Shown here: in pieces, positions 20,600-31,138 of the stretch
Numbering within the stretch: position 1 is the stretch's first letter
How the letters are laid out: every line of letters starts with the position of its first letter
Assembly (NCBI GenBank): GCA_963783385.1
Contig: CAWANJ010000001.1
Coordinates: forward strand, 608,001 to 672,000
Length of the DNA stretch: 64,000 nucleotides
Source: an uncultured Gemmatimonadales bacterium
GTDB taxonomy: Bacteria > Gemmatimonadota > Gemmatimonadetes > Palauibacterales > Palauibacteraceae
Reading direction: 5' to 3'
The notes under the pieces: generated by a model
What the model was told of the DNA's origin: nothing
Seen by the model: only the letters and a program-made list of their open reading frames with translations
Database searches by the model: none
Translations under genes and position numbers: made by a program

Positions 20600-21466
20600 A
20601 TGAATCGACACGTCTTACTGGCGGCCGCGCTGCTGGCCGCCCCGGCGGCGCTCCTCGCTCAGGGCACCGGCGACGCGCCCGGACCTTCGAGGGCGGCTCC
20701 GTCCACTCCGGTGCCACCGTCCGTCGCCACCCGTGTCGTGGTCCACGTCGTCGCCCACGACGCCAAGGTGATCGGCTCGCACGTCGGCGGAGTGCGCGTC
20801 GCCGTGCTCGACGCCGTCACCGGGGACACGCTGGCGTCGGGTCTCCAGTCCGGCGGGACCGGGGACACGAAGCTCATCATGCAGGACCCACGGGTGCGGG
20901 GTCGGGCACTGTTCGACACGCCGGGCGCGGCGTCGTACACGACGACACTCCAGCTGACGGAGCCCACCCGCGTCCGCATCGTGGCCGAGGGTCCCCTCGG
21001 GATCCCCGACGCCGTGCAGCGCGCCTCGACCACCCTGGTCGTCTTCCCGGGGGAGAGCCTCACGGGAGACGGCGTCGTGCTGGAGCTGTACGGACTGGCC
21101 GTGACGCCGACGCTCCCGGGAGCGACCGCCGCCGGGGCCGCGAGCGGTGCCGGCGCGACCGACCGCCCCCTGGGGGTGTCCGGGCCCACGATCGCCATTC
21201 GGGCCACCGTCACCATGCTGTGCGGCTGTCCGATCACGCCGGGCGGGCTGTGGGACGCGAACGGGGTCCGCGTGCGGGCGCGACTGGTGCGGGGCGACCA
21301 GGTGGTGGCCGAGGTCCCGCTGACCTACGCCGGGCGAGCCAGCACGTTCGAGGGAAGTGTCAGCGCGCCCGCCCCCGGCGACTACCGGCTGGTGGTCCTC
21401 GCCTCGGAGCCGGCGCGCTCCAACTTCGGCCGGGCCGAACGCTCGATCCGGGTGAGCGGCGGCTGA
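20600..21466 (+). CDS. Secreted hypothetical protein with MLCGCP motif
   Basis: RBS GGAGGAG, signal peptide, DAKVIG...GG, MLCGCPITPGGLWD, beta-rich. Confidence 0.75.
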   Translation: MNRHVLLAAALLAAPAALLAQGTGDAPGPSRAAPSTPVPPSVATRVVVHVVAHDAKVIGSHVGGVRVAVLDAVTGDTLASGLQSGGTGDTKLIMQDPRVRGRALFDTPGAASYTTTLQLTEPTRVRIVAEGPLGIPDAVQRASTTLVVFPGESLTGDGVVLELYGLAVTPTLPGATAAGAASGAGATDRPLGVSGPTIAIRATVTMLCGCPITPGGLWDANGVRVRARLVRGDQVVAEVPLTYAGRASTFEGSVSAPAPGDYRLVVLASEPARSNFGRAERSIRVSGG

Positions 21467-21469
21467 GGC

Positions 21470-22357
21470 TCAGCCGTCCCCGCCGCCCGCCGGCGCCAGG
21501 GCGTCCAGCGCGTGGAACTCCCGATCGTCCAGCTCCAAATGGGCGGCCGCCAGGTCGTCCTCCGAATGCTCGACGCTCGAGGTGCCCGGAATCGGAAGCA
21601 TGACCGGTGACCTGCGCAGGAGCCAGGCGAGCGCCACCCGGGCCGAGCTCACCCCGCGCTCGCCGGCGACTCGCGCCAGGGGGCCGTCCCCCCGGGCCAG
21701 GGGCCCCGCGGCCAGCGGGTACCAGGGGAGGAACGCCAGGCCGTCACGCTCGCAGGCTTCGAGCACGGGTTCCGAGTCGCGGTCCTGCAGGTTGTAGCGG
21801 TTCTGGACCGAGACGACGTCCGCCACCCGCCGGGCCACGGCGAGCTGCTCCACGTTCACGTTGGACACGCCAATGTGCCGGATCTTCCCGGCGTCGCGCA
21901 ACTCGACCAGCATCCCCAACGATTCCTCGAGGGGCACGTCCGGATCCGGACGGTGGAGCTGGTACAGGTCGATCCGCTCCAGGCGGAGCCGCCGGAGGCT
22001 TCCCTCCAGCGCCGATCGCAGGTGCTCGGGTCGCCCGTCGGGATGCCACTCGCCCGGTCCGCTCCGGGTGAGCCCTCCCTTGGTCGCGATGACGAGCCCG
22101 TCGGGATAGGGATGGAGCGCCTCGGCGATGAGTCGCTCGGAGACCTCCGGCCCGTAGGCGTCGGCCGTGTCAATGAAGTCGACGCCCAGCTCGACCGCCC
22201 GCCGCAGGACGCGCCGGGCCTCGTCGGGGTCGTCCGGAGGGCCCCACACCCCCTCTCCGGTGATCCGCATGGCGCCGAAGCCCATGCGCTGGACGGTGAG
22301 GTCACCGCCCAGCGTCAGGGTTTCGGTCGTCTCCTGGACGTGTGGCTCGGTCGGCAT
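21470..22357 (-). CDS. Aldo/keto reductase
   Basis: [43 protein letters not shown]. Confidence 0.92.
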   Translation of the reverse strand: MPTEPHVQETTETLTLGGDLTVQRMGFGAMRITGEGVWGPPDDPDEARRVLRRAVELGVDFIDTADAYGPEVSERLIAEALHPYPDGLVIATKGGLTRSGPGEWHPDGRPEHLRSALEGSLRRLRLERIDLYQLHRPDPDVPLEESLGMLVELRDAGKIRHIGVSNVNVEQLAVARRVADVVSVQNRYNLQDRDSEPVLEACERDGLAFLPWYPLAAGPLARGDGPLARVAGERGVSSARVALAWLLRRSPVMLPIPGTSSVEHSEDDLAAAHLELDDREFHALDALAPAGGGDG

Positions 22358-22433
22358 GGTGTCCTCGCTCGGAGCGCGTGATGGAGTCCGCTCTGGACCC
22401 TCATCCCGAGCATGGCCCATGCCGGGGATTCGC

Positions 22434-22907
22434 CTACGGTCCGTGGACGGACCACACGCTGGTGCCGCCCGCCGAGTCGAAGGCGATGACCTGGTAGCGC
22501 TCGGCCGGCGCGCTCGCCATGCCGGGAGAGCCGCCCGGCATGCCGGGCACGGCCAGGCCCCGGATGGCCGGCCGCTCGGCCAGGAGCCGCTGGATGTCGG
22601 CGGCGGGCACGTGGCCCTCGATCGTGTATCCATCGACCGTGGCCGTGTGACAGGCCGCCAGGTCTCCGGGCACGCCCCCCTGGCGCATGGCGGCGTCGAG
22701 GCTCGCCTGGTCGACATCCCGCACCGTCACCTGGAATCCCGCATCCGTCAGGTGGCTGACCCACAGGCTGCAGCAGCCGCAGGTGGGGCTCTTCACCACC
22801 TCCACCACCGGACCCTGGGCCCGGGCGGAGGGACGGAGAAACAGGTAGCCGGCGCCGGCCAGCACGACCACCGCAGCAACGATCCAGGAGGTTCGGGAGA
22901 TACGCAT
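22434..22907 (-). CDS. DUF411 (CopG-like) periplasmic metal-binding protein
   Basis: [35 protein letters not shown]. Confidence 0.9.
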   Translation of the reverse strand: MRISRTSWIVAAVVVLAGAGYLFLRPSARAQGPVVEVVKSPTCGCCSLWVSHLTDAGFQVTVRDVDQASLDAAMRQGGVPGDLAACHTATVDGYTIEGHVPAADIQRLLAERPAIRGLAVPGMPGGSPGMASAPAERYQVIAFDSAGGTSVWSVHGP

Positions 22908-23125
22908 GGGGGACTCCTCGCTCGGCCCGCCGTTCGGGGCAGGGTGGGCATCGGTCCCGGGGCGGCGGCCGGCCGGGCCGGCGTCCGACCCGGGTCGGAC
23001 CTCCCCAAGATCGACGGCTACGGGCTCGGCGTCTGTCGGGCAGAGTCCGGAGCGCCTCGTAGAGGATTTCCCCTCGTGACCCCGGGGCGGGCGCGACGGC
23101 TCCGGGGAGCGGAGCCCCCGCGGCC

Positions 23126-24361
23126 TCAGAGGTCCGCTTCGAACCTCATCCCGAGGACGAAGGCGTCGGGGACCGAGGAGGCGGCCGCCGGGTGGTGGAT
23201 GAGCTGCACGTCGGGCTGTACGGCGATGGCGCCCGTGAGCCGGACGTTGTAGGACGCCTCTCCGGTCAGCTCCCACGACGCGAGCCCGGGGGCCGCGCCC
23301 ATGAGGCGCCGGCTGCGACGGGCCGCCGCCAGCCCGAGGCCGAAGCGGTCGGTGGGGCGGCCGGGGATCAGACCCGTGCCGCTCACGCCCAGCACCACGG
23401 ACGAGGAGGCCAGGCTCGCCCGTTCCTGGGCGGCGCCCAGCACGCCGAACGCCCACAGCTCCCCCGAGCCGTCGGCGCTCGGCCCGCATAGCCGTGCCTC
23501 GCCAATGACGTAGGCGCCGTTCCCACCCGACGGGGCGGCCGAGCCCGGCGGCGCGTCCGCCGGCTCGGGCACGTGTCCGGTGTAGCGCCACACGCCGACC
23601 GCGAGCTCGAGGTCGTGGGGGGCCTCCTCCCCGGTCCGGCCGGCCCGCCGGCGCCGAACCGTGCTCGGGCGGGCGCCGGCGCCCAGGTTGACGGCGCTCG
23701 GGCGCAGGTAGCCCACCTCGGCCACGAGCAGGGCGCCGTCGCCGGCGCCCAGGTGGATCTTCGTGCCCCCGGGATCGGCGGGGTCTCCCGGCACACCGTC
23801 CGCCACGACCGCCTGCACGCGCCAGCCCTCGCCCAGGAGCGCCCTGGCCCGCAGGGCGAGCGAGGTGACGGGGAAGATGGAAGGCCCATTGACCCCGCTC
23901 TGGCCCAGGGCGGGCTCGATGCCGAACGAGCTGTTCAGGAACAGGTCCGCCGAGCCGACCGCGTCGAACTCGGAGTTCACGTCGTAGAGTCCGGCCAGGA
24001 GCGACAGGCGGTCCCCGGCCAGGTACTGCTGGACCCAGGCCTCGTAAAGGCGCCACGAGGTGGGCGCGTCAATGTTGTCCAGCGTCTGGAGATCACCGGC
24101 GTGGGCCGATGGGCTCCCCCCCTGGTTGGCCAGGCCGTATACGAACGCCGTCAGCCCGGGCACGCCGAGGAGGGACTCCCCGTCCAACCGGAGCTGCACG
24201 TCCAGGTTGTCGAGCGCGACCACGCCGGGGTCCACGCCGCCGGCCACCACCCCCACGAGGTCGGCCGTGTACGACACGGCCACCTCCACCCCGCCCGTGT
24301 CGGCGGGAACGGCGGGCGGCGGAGCCGCCAGGCCGAGCGCGAGCCCCAGCGCCGGGAGCAA
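23126..24361 (-). CDS. Carbohydrate porin (OprB family)
   Basis: YTADL, GDLQTLDNI, RLYEAW, GLYDVNSEFD, FLNSSFG, VQPDVQLIHHP; start uncertain (TTG 24361 or CTG 24370). Confidence 0.85.
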   Translation of the reverse strand: MLPALGLALGLAAPPPAVPADTGGVEVAVSYTADLVGVVAGGVDPGVVALDNLDVQLRLDGESLLGVPGLTAFVYGLANQGGSPSAHAGDLQTLDNIDAPTSWRLYEAWVQQYLAGDRLSLLAGLYDVNSEFDAVGSADLFLNSSFGIEPALGQSGVNGPSIFPVTSLALRARALLGEGWRVQAVVADGVPGDPADPGGTKIHLGAGDGALLVAEVGYLRPSAVNLGAGARPSTVRRRRAGRTGEEAPHDLELAVGVWRYTGHVPEPADAPPGSAAPSGGNGAYVIGEARLCGPSADGSGELWAFGVLGAAQERASLASSSVVLGVSGTGLIPGRPTDRFGLGLAAARRSRRLMGAAPGLASWELTGEASYNVRLTGAIAVQPDVQLIHHPAAASSVPDAFVLGMRFEADL

Positions 24362-24366
24362 CCCCG

Positions 24367-25998
24367 TCAGGGCGAGACGGCGTGGAGGGTCACGCCCGGC
24401 GCGTCCTCGGCCGCCGTGCGCAGCGAGAACTCGGTCTCGAACAGCACCAGGGGCCGGTCCCGGTGGTCCAGGGCCAGCGTGCGGCCGTAGCCGGCCGCCA
24501 GGCGGCGGATCTCGTCCTCGTCTCCCTCGGCCCAGCGGGCGTGATGGTAGGGCAGCGGCTGCAGCCGGGCCTCGACCCCGTACTCGTGCTCGAGGCGGTG
24601 CAGGAGGATCTCGAACTGGAGGGCGCCCACCGCCGCCACCATCGGCGCCGGGTTCGGCCCGGATTCGGAGAACAGGACCTGGACGGCGCCCTCCTCCGAG
24701 AGCTCCCGGAGGCCCCGATCCAGGTGCTTTCGGCGCAGGGGATCCTCGGTGCGGATGCGCGCGAAGTGCTCCGGGGAGAAGCGCGGGATGTCGTCGAAGG
24801 CGGGGCCGCCGTCCCCGGAGAGCGTGTCCCCGATCCTGAGGCTCCCTCGATCGTGGATGCCGACCACGTCGCCGGCCACCGCCTCCTCGAGCATCTCGCG
24901 GTCCTGGGCCAGGAAGCGGCGCGCCGAGGCCAGGCGCACGGGGCTGTCGGTGCGCAGGTTGGTGACCGTCATCCCCGGTTCGTAGCTGCCCGAGACGATG
25001 CGAACGAAAGCGATCCGGTCCCGGTGCCGCGGGTCCATGTTCGCCTGGATCTTGAACACGAACCCCCGGAAGGTGGAGTCGTCCGGGCGGAGCTCGCGCC
25101 CCCCCACCTCGCGGGGTCCGGGCGCGGGCGCATGCTCCAGGAAGTACTTGAGGAAGAGCTCTACGCCGAAGTTGAGCAGCGCGCTCCCGAAGAAGGTCGG
25201 CGAGACGCGGCCGGCGCGCACGGCCTCCGGCGTCGCCTCCGAGCCGGCGGCGTCCAGGAGCTCGACTTCCTCCCGGAGGCGCTCCAGGGCCGCCGCCGGG
25301 AACAGCTCGTCCGCCCGAGCGTCCGCGAGCGCGACGGTCTCCGCCGCCGCCCTCGTGGCCCCGTGGTCCCCCGTGCGCCGGAAGCGGTGCAGGAGACCCG
25401 AGCGCCGGTCGTACACCCCCAGGCACTCGAGCCCGTCCAGCAGCGGCCAGGTCACCGGGGCGCAGTGGATCCCGAGGTCGGCCTCCACGTCGTCCAGGAG
25501 CTGCAACGGGTCGACTCCGACCCGGTCGCACTTGTTCACGAAGGTGAAGATCGGGAGCCGGCGCATGCGGCACACGTCGAACAGCTTGCGGGTCTGGGCC
25601 TCGACGCCCTTGCGGTTGTCGAGCAGCATCACGGCGCTGTCGGCGGCCAGGAGGGTCCGGTAGGTGTCCTCGGAGAAGTCCTGGTGCCCGGGGGTGTCCA
25701 GCAGGTTCAGGTGCCGGCCCTCGTACTCGAACTGGAGAACGCTCGACGTCACGGAGATGCCGCGCTCCTTCTCGACGTCCATCCAGTCGGAGGCGGCGTG
25801 GCGCTGCGCCCGCCGGGCCTTGACCGAGCCCGCCAGGTGGATGGCCCCACCGTACAGGAGGAGCTTCTCCGTGAGGGTCGTCTTGCCGGCGTCGGGATGG
25901 CTGATGATGGCGAAGGCGCGGCGCTTGGCGACCTCCTCCAGCACGCGGCCCGAGGCGGGCGCTGCATCCGGCCCGGTGACGCCGCTCTGGCCGTTCAT
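24367..25998 (-). CDS. prfC: Peptide chain release factor 3
   Basis: FAIISHPDAGKTT, DTPGHQDFSEDTYR, NKCD, FKIQANMDPRHRDRIAF. Confidence 0.97.
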   Translation of the reverse strand: MNGQSGVTGPDAAPASGRVLEEVAKRRAFAIISHPDAGKTTLTEKLLLYGGAIHLAGSVKARRAQRHAASDWMDVEKERGISVTSSVLQFEYEGRHLNLLDTPGHQDFSEDTYRTLLAADSAVMLLDNRKGVEAQTRKLFDVCRMRRLPIFTFVNKCDRVGVDPLQLLDDVEADLGIHCAPVTWPLLDGLECLGVYDRRSGLLHRFRRTGDHGATRAAAETVALADARADELFPAAALERLREEVELLDAAGSEATPEAVRAGRVSPTFFGSALLNFGVELFLKYFLEHAPAPGPREVGGRELRPDDSTFRGFVFKIQANMDPRHRDRIAFVRIVSGSYEPGMTVTNLRTDSPVRLASARRFLAQDREMLEEAVAGDVVGIHDRGSLRIGDTLSGDGGPAFDDIPRFSPEHFARIRTEDPLRRKHLDRGLRELSEEGAVQVLFSESGPNPAPMVAAVGALQFEILLHRLEHEYGVEARLQPLPYHHARWAEGDEDEIRRLAAGYGRTLALDHRDRPLVLFETEFSLRTAAEDAPGVTLHAVSP

Positions 25999-26137
25999 GC
26001 CCCTCTCTCCCCGGTTCGGGTCCGACCCACGTCGCTCCGGCAACCGTTCGGCGCCGCACGGATGTACGGACGTGCTCGCCGGGAGTTCCTGCCGGCGCGG
26101 GGCGGGACGGCATGCCCGGGCGGGCCGCGGGCCCCGA

Positions 26138-26177
26138 AATGGAAACGCCCTTCCAGGGTCGAACCCTGGAAGGGCGT
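26138..26177 (-). terminator. Intrinsic terminator-like hairpin
   Basis: 15-bp perfect stem ACGCCCTTCCAGGGT/ACCCTGGAAGGGCGT followed by TTCCATTT on minus strand. Confidence 0.7.
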
Positions 26178-26286
26178 CCACCGGGCCGCCGCCGGACTCA
26201 GAGTCGCGGGACGACCGCGGCGCCCGGACCGCCGGACATGCCCGCGCGCATGCCAGTGACCGGCTCCACGATCTCGAGTCGGTGCG

Positions 26287-26781
26287 TTACTGCTCCTTCT
26301 TCGTGCCGCTGGCGACCTCGATCTGGGCGATGCAGGTGCCGGTCTCGCCCTTGAGGGTCAGGTGCTGTTTGCCAGCCTTCGCCTTCTCGGTGCTCAGCCA
26401 CAGGGTAGCGCTCGTCCCCTCGGCGGCCATCTGGACGACCTGGGGCGTCTCGTCCTCCTGCTTCTCGCCCTTCTCGCCCTTCTCGTCCTTCTCGCTGCGG
26501 GACATCTCGGCCTTGGGCAGATCGGCGATCGCGGCCAGCGTGACGTCGTCGCCCTCGACGCCCGAGATGTTGCCGATCGTCTCGGACAGCTTGACCTGGA
26601 CCTGCACGGCCTTCTGGCCGGCGTCCACGGAGGCCGGATCGACCTGCGCGGTGCACGTCTTCTGCTGTGACTGCGCCGCTGCCTCGCTGGCCTGCTGCGC
26701 ATGGGCGGCCGTCGGTGTGAACGCAAACGCCATTGCCGCCGACATCGCGACCGGGACGGTCGCCTTCGTCAGATTCCGCAT
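26287..26781 (-). CDS. Secreted hypothetical protein (beta-rich, two Cys)
   Basis: RBS AGGAGG, signal peptide AHA|QQ, Lys/Glu-rich loop. Confidence 0.75.
   Translation of the reverse strand: MRNLTKATVPVAMSAAMAFAFTPTAAHAQQASEAAAQSQQKTCTAQVDPASVDAGQKAVQVQVKLSETIGNISGVEGDDVTLAAIADLPKAEMSRSEKDEKGEKGEKQEDETPQVVQMAAEGTSATLWLSTEKAKAGKQHLTLKGETGTCIAQIEVASGTKKEQ
26461..26495. repeat. In-frame 9-bp tandem repeat (about 4 copies) encoding EKD/EKG
   Basis: CTTCTCGCC x2, CTTCTCGTC, CTTCTCGC. Confidence 0.7.
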
Positions 26782-26859
26782 GTACTACCTCCTGGAAAGC
26801 GTGGAACTCAATCCTGTGCGTGCCGACCCGCGGCCGACACGTCGTCGGTCCTGTACAGG

Positions 26860-26876
26860 AGCAAGGGGCGTTCCTG
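26860..26876 (-). promoter_or_regulatory. Putative sigma54 promoter
   Basis: Minus strand AGGAACG-CCCC-TTGCT (GG-N10-GC), about 80 bp upstream of ATG 26781. Confidence 0.6.
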
Positions 26877-27162
26877 GCGCCGATGAAGGGTCACACCTCA
26901 CTGTATGACAGGTGATTAGGGTGATACACGCCGAGACGCACCCGGGGCCTGGAAAGGCCATATCCGGCAATATTTCCCGGATGCCGGATTCGGCGGCCGG
27001 CAAATGTTACCGGGTGCTTCGAACTCGGCCGGGCCGGGGGTCGGCGCGAGCGACCGACCGGGATCGTCGGGACCGGTGGAGTACCTCCAGCCGGCGACGT
27101 GGCACCCTCCTTGAACCCTGGAGCCGGGTGGTACGGGAATCGTCCCCGGGGGAGGCCCCGCC

Positions 27163-28104
27163 ATGAGCGAGACGCTGCGCTTCGGACCCTACACGGTCGA
27201 GCTCGCCCGTCCGGACAAGGTGCTGTTCCCGGACGCCGGAGTGACCAAGCGCGACCTCGTCGACCACTACCGGGCCGTGGCGGGCGCCATGCTTCCCTAC
27301 CTGGACGGACGGCCCGTGGTCATGCAGCGCTTCCCGGACGGGATCGGCGCGGAGGGCTTCTACCAGAAGGACACGCCCGACTACTTCCCGGCCTGGATCC
27401 CGAGGGTGACGGTGCGGAAGCGCGAGGGGGGCACGGTCGACCACGTGCTGTGCCGGAACGAGGCCACGCTGGTGTACCTGGCCGGCCAGGGCGTGATCAC
27501 GCCCCACGTGTGGCTGTCCCGGGCCGACGCCCTGGAGCGCCCGGACCGGCTGATCTTCGACCTCGATCCGCCCGACCACGACTTCGAGCTGGTGCGCCAC
27601 GCGGCCAGGGCGCTGCGGGCCCTGCTCGGGGAGCTCGGCCTGGAGGCGTGGCCGCTGGCCACCGGCGGCCGGGGGCTCCACCTGGTGATCCCGCTGGACC
27701 GGAGCGCGGACTTCGACGAGACGCGCGATTTCGCCCGCCGGACCGCCGCCCTCCTGGCCACGCGGGAGCCCGGGCGCCTGACCACCGAGACGCGAAAGGT
27801 GCGGCGGCGGGGCCGGCTCTTCCTGGACTACCTGCGCAACGCCTTCGCCCAGACCGCGGTGCCCCCCTTCGCGGTGCGAGCGCGTCCGGGCGCGCCGGTG
27901 GCCGTCCCGCTGGACTGGGACGACGTCGCCGACCCGGAGATCCGGGGCAACGCCTTCACGACCCGGAACGTGCTCGAGCGCCTGGACCGGAAGGGGGACC
28001 CGTGGGAGGGGATGGCCCGCCACGCTCGCTCGCTGGCGGCGCCTCGCGCCCGCCTCGCGGCGCTCGAGGAAGAGGAAGGAGGAGCGGAGGCCGGCGCCGG
28101 ATAG
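27163..28104 (+). CDS. Stand-alone LigD primase-polymerase (PolDom) protein
   Basis: PDKVLFP, QRFPDGI..EGFYQK, PDRLIFDLDP, TGGRGLH, FLDYLRN..QT. Confidence 0.92.
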   Translation: MSETLRFGPYTVELARPDKVLFPDAGVTKRDLVDHYRAVAGAMLPYLDGRPVVMQRFPDGIGAEGFYQKDTPDYFPAWIPRVTVRKREGGTVDHVLCRNEATLVYLAGQGVITPHVWLSRADALERPDRLIFDLDPPDHDFELVRHAARALRALLGELGLEAWPLATGGRGLHLVIPLDRSADFDETRDFARRTAALLATREPGRLTTETRKVRRRGRLFLDYLRNAFAQTAVPPFAVRARPGAPVAVPLDWDDVADPEIRGNAFTTRNVLERLDRKGDPWEGMARHARSLAAPRARLAALEEEEGGAEAGAG

Positions 28105-28134
28105 GCCCGCGGCTCCGGGACGCGCCGCGACCGG

Positions 28135-31113
28135 TCAGGTCCGCGCGTCGACCCTTCCGGGCGACTCCCCCTCCAGGGCCATGCACACGACCTCGGCCAG
28201 GTGAAGCGCGCGGCGCCCCGTCCCGTGCTCGATCTGGGTGCGGCAGGAGAAGCCGTCCGTGACCACCAGGGTGTCCGCGTCCGCCGCCCGCACGGCAGGC
28301 AGCAGCACGCGCTCCCCGGCGGCCATGGAGACGTCGTACTTGTCCGCCTCGAACCCGAAGGAGCCCGCCAGGCCGCAGCACCCGCTGTCGAGGACCTCGT
28401 AGTCCAGGCCCAACCGCGACAGGACCTCGACCTCGGCCTCGAGCCCCAGCACGGCCCGATGGTGGCAGTGCAGGTGCACGAGCGCCTTCCGCTCCAACCG
28501 GGGTGGAGACCAGGCCTCCAGCCCCCGGACGAGGAACTCGCTCAGCAGGTGGGTCTGGCTCGACAGGCGCCGGGCGTCGGGGTCGTCCGGGAACAGGGCG
28601 GTGAGCTCGTCCCGGAACACGGCCACGCAGGAGGGCTCCACGCCGACGAGCGGCACGCCCTCCCGGATCTTCGGCCGGAGGGCGTCGAGGATCTGCCGGA
28701 GCTGGCGCCGCGCCAGGTCCAGCATCCCGTAGTCGTACAGGGGCCGCCCGCAGCACAGGGGGCGGTCGGGGAGGGTCACCCGGCAGCCGGCCTCCTCCAG
28801 CACCCGCACCGCGGCGCGCGCCGCCCCCGGATGGAGATGGTCGCTGAACGTGTCGGGCCACACCAGCACCTCGGGGCCGGTCGCCGTGCCGCCGGCGGGG
28901 CCTCCCCGGTCCCGGGGCGTCGCCGGGGTCCCACCTCCGGCCCGGTCCCCGCCGTCCCCGGCCCCGTCCCCCCGCCGCTCGAACCAGCTCCTGAACGTCT
29001 CCTCGGCGAAGCGAGGGAGCTCGCGGTGCTCCGTGAGCCCCCCGAGGCGACGCAGGAGCGTCCCCAGCACGGGGGCCGAAGTGACCGCGTTCGCCAGGCG
29101 GGGCGCCCCCGAGGCCAGGCGCGCCCACCAGGGGAACAGCCCCATGGCATAGCCCGCCCGCGGCCGCAGGCGGCCCCGGTAGTGGTGGTAGCGGAACTCC
29201 GCCTTGTAGGTGGCCATGTCCACGGAGGCGGGGCAGTCGTGCTTGCACCCCTTGCAGGCCAGGCACAGGTCCAGCGCCTCGGCCACGTGCTCGTCCCTCC
29301 ACCCGCCCAGCTCGTCGCCGTTCAGCATCTCGAACAGGAGCCGGGCGCGCCCGCGCGTCGAGTGCATCTCCTCCCGGGTGGCCATGTAGGAGGGGCACAT
29401 GGTGCCCCCCTCGTGGCGGCGGCACTTGCCCACCCCCACGCAGCGCAGCGTGGCGCGCGAGAAGCGGCCGTCGTCGTCCGGGAAGCGGAAGACGGTGTCG
29501 ACGGGCCTCGGCCGGTAGCCGGCCCCCAGCCGCAGGTGGTCGGTGACCGACCGGGCCTCGATGATGCGCCCCGGGTTCATGCGGTGCTCCGGGTCCCACG
29601 CCTCCTTGAAGGCCCGAAACGCGTCCAGCAGCTCCTCGGAGTACATGTGGCCCAGGAGCGGTCCGCGGGCGACACCGTCGCCGTGCTCCCCGGACAGCGA
29701 GCCGCCGTAGGTCCCGCAGCACAGGTCGGCCGCCTCCTCGACGAAGGCCCGGTAGGCCTCGATCCCCTCGACCGACTCCAGGTCGAAGGGGATGCGCGTG
29801 TGGACGCACCCGTCCCCGAAGTGGCCGTAGATGGTGGCGTCCAGGCCGTGCGATCGGAGCAGCGTCCGGAAGTCGCGCAGGTAGGCGCCCAGGCGGTCGG
29901 GGTGGACGGCCGAGTCCTCCCAGCCCGGCCGCGTGTCCCCCATGTCGGTGATGCGGCTGGTGGCGCCGAGGGCCGACTCGCGGATCTCCCACACCCGAGC
30001 CGCGTCCGCCTCGTCCTCCAGGAGCCGCGCCTCGGGAGCGCTTCCCCCGGCGGAGCGGCGGAGCGCGCCCAGGGCGTCCCGCGCGCGTCCCGTGGCTTCG
30101 GCGGCCGAGTCCCCGGCGAACTCGACCAGCAGCCAGCCGCGGCCGGGCGGGAGGACGCCTTCCTCGCCGGGCGCCATCCCCTTCGTCTCCAGGTAGCCGA
30201 CGATGGCGTCGTCGATCCCCTCGAGCCCGATCGGCCCGTGCTCGAGGAGCAGGGGCACGTGATCGGCGGCCGCCCACACGTCCGGGTAGCCCAGGACGAG
30301 GAGGGTCCGCGCCCGGGGCCACTGGATGAGCTTCACGGTCGCCTCGAGCACGAGGGCGAGGGTGCCCTCCGAGCCGACCAGGGCGCGGGCCACGTCAAAG
30401 CCGTGCTCGGGCAGGAGCTCGTCCAGGTTGTAGCCGGACACGCGGCGCGGGATATCGGGATACTCGGTCCGGATCCGGTCGGCGTTGGCCTCCGTGATCG
30501 CCCGCATGCGGGCGTAGAGCTCGGCCCGCCTCCCGCCCTGCCCCACGATCCGCTCCAGCTCGTCGGGTGCGGTCGGTCCCACCTCCATGACGAGTCCGTC
30601 GTAGGTGAGCACCTCCAGGGAGATGACGTTGTCGACGGTCTTGCCGGCCAGGACGGAGTGCACGCCGCAGGAGTTGTTGCCGATCATCCCGCCCAGGGTG
30701 CAGGAGGCGTGGGTGGACGGGTCGGGGCCGAAGTTGAGGCCGTGCTCGCGCGCCGCGCGGCGCAGGTCGTCGAGCACGAGGCCGGGCTGCACGCGCGCGG
30801 TCCGGGCCTCCGGGTCCAGCGACAAGAGCCGGTCGTAGTACTTCGACGTGTCGAGGACGACCGCCACGTTGCAGCACTGGCCTGCCAGGCTGGTGCCCCC
30901 GCCCCGGGCCAGGACCGGTGCGCCGTGGCGCCGGCAGGTCTCGACCGTGGCCAGGATGTCGTCCTTCGTGCGGGGGAGGACGACCCCGATGGGGAGCTGC
31001 CGATAGTTGGACGCGTCGGTGGCGTACAGGGCCCGGCTGCCCGCGTCGAACCGGACCTCCCCCTCGACCCGGCGTTCGAGCTCCCGGCCGAGGGCCGCGT
31101 AGGCCTCGCTCAA
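28135..31113 (-). CDS. FAD-binding / 4Fe-4S / CCG-domain oxidoreductase (YdiJ-like)
   Basis: RGGGTSLAGQ, GGMIGNNSCG, SGEHGDG, CVGVGKC, CLACKGCKHDCP, CCG motifs. Confidence 0.92.
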   Translation of the reverse strand: MSEAYAALGRELERRVEGEVRFDAGSRALYATDASNYRQLPIGVVLPRTKDDILATVETCRRHGAPVLARGGGTSLAGQCCNVAVVLDTSKYYDRLLSLDPEARTARVQPGLVLDDLRRAAREHGLNFGPDPSTHASCTLGGMIGNNSCGVHSVLAGKTVDNVISLEVLTYDGLVMEVGPTAPDELERIVGQGGRRAELYARMRAITEANADRIRTEYPDIPRRVSGYNLDELLPEHGFDVARALVGSEGTLALVLEATVKLIQWPRARTLLVLGYPDVWAAADHVPLLLEHGPIGLEGIDDAIVGYLETKGMAPGEEGVLPPGRGWLLVEFAGDSAAEATGRARDALGALRRSAGGSAPEARLLEDEADAARVWEIRESALGATSRITDMGDTRPGWEDSAVHPDRLGAYLRDFRTLLRSHGLDATIYGHFGDGCVHTRIPFDLESVEGIEAYRAFVEEAADLCCGTYGGSLSGEHGDGVARGPLLGHMYSEELLDAFRAFKEAWDPEHRMNPGRIIEARSVTDHLRLGAGYRPRPVDTVFRFPDDDGRFSRATLRCVGVGKCRRHEGGTMCPSYMATREEMHSTRGRARLLFEMLNGDELGGWRDEHVAEALDLCLACKGCKHDCPASVDMATYKAEFRYHHYRGRLRPRAGYAMGLFPWWARLASGAPRLANAVTSAPVLGTLLRRLGGLTEHRELPRFAEETFRSWFERRGDGAGDGGDRAGGGTPATPRDRGGPAGGTATGPEVLVWPDTFSDHLHPGAARAAVRVLEEAGCRVTLPDRPLCCGRPLYDYGMLDLARRQLRQILDALRPKIREGVPLVGVEPSCVAVFRDELTALFPDDPDARRLSSQTHLLSEFLVRGLEAWSPPRLERKALVHLHCHHRAVLGLEAEVEVLSRLGLDYEVLDSGCCGLAGSFGFEADKYDVSMAAGERVLLPAVRAADADTLVVTDGFSCRTQIEHGTGRRALHLAEVVCMALEGESPGRVDART

Positions 31114-31138
31114 ACGGCCACTCCGGCCCGGCGGCGCC

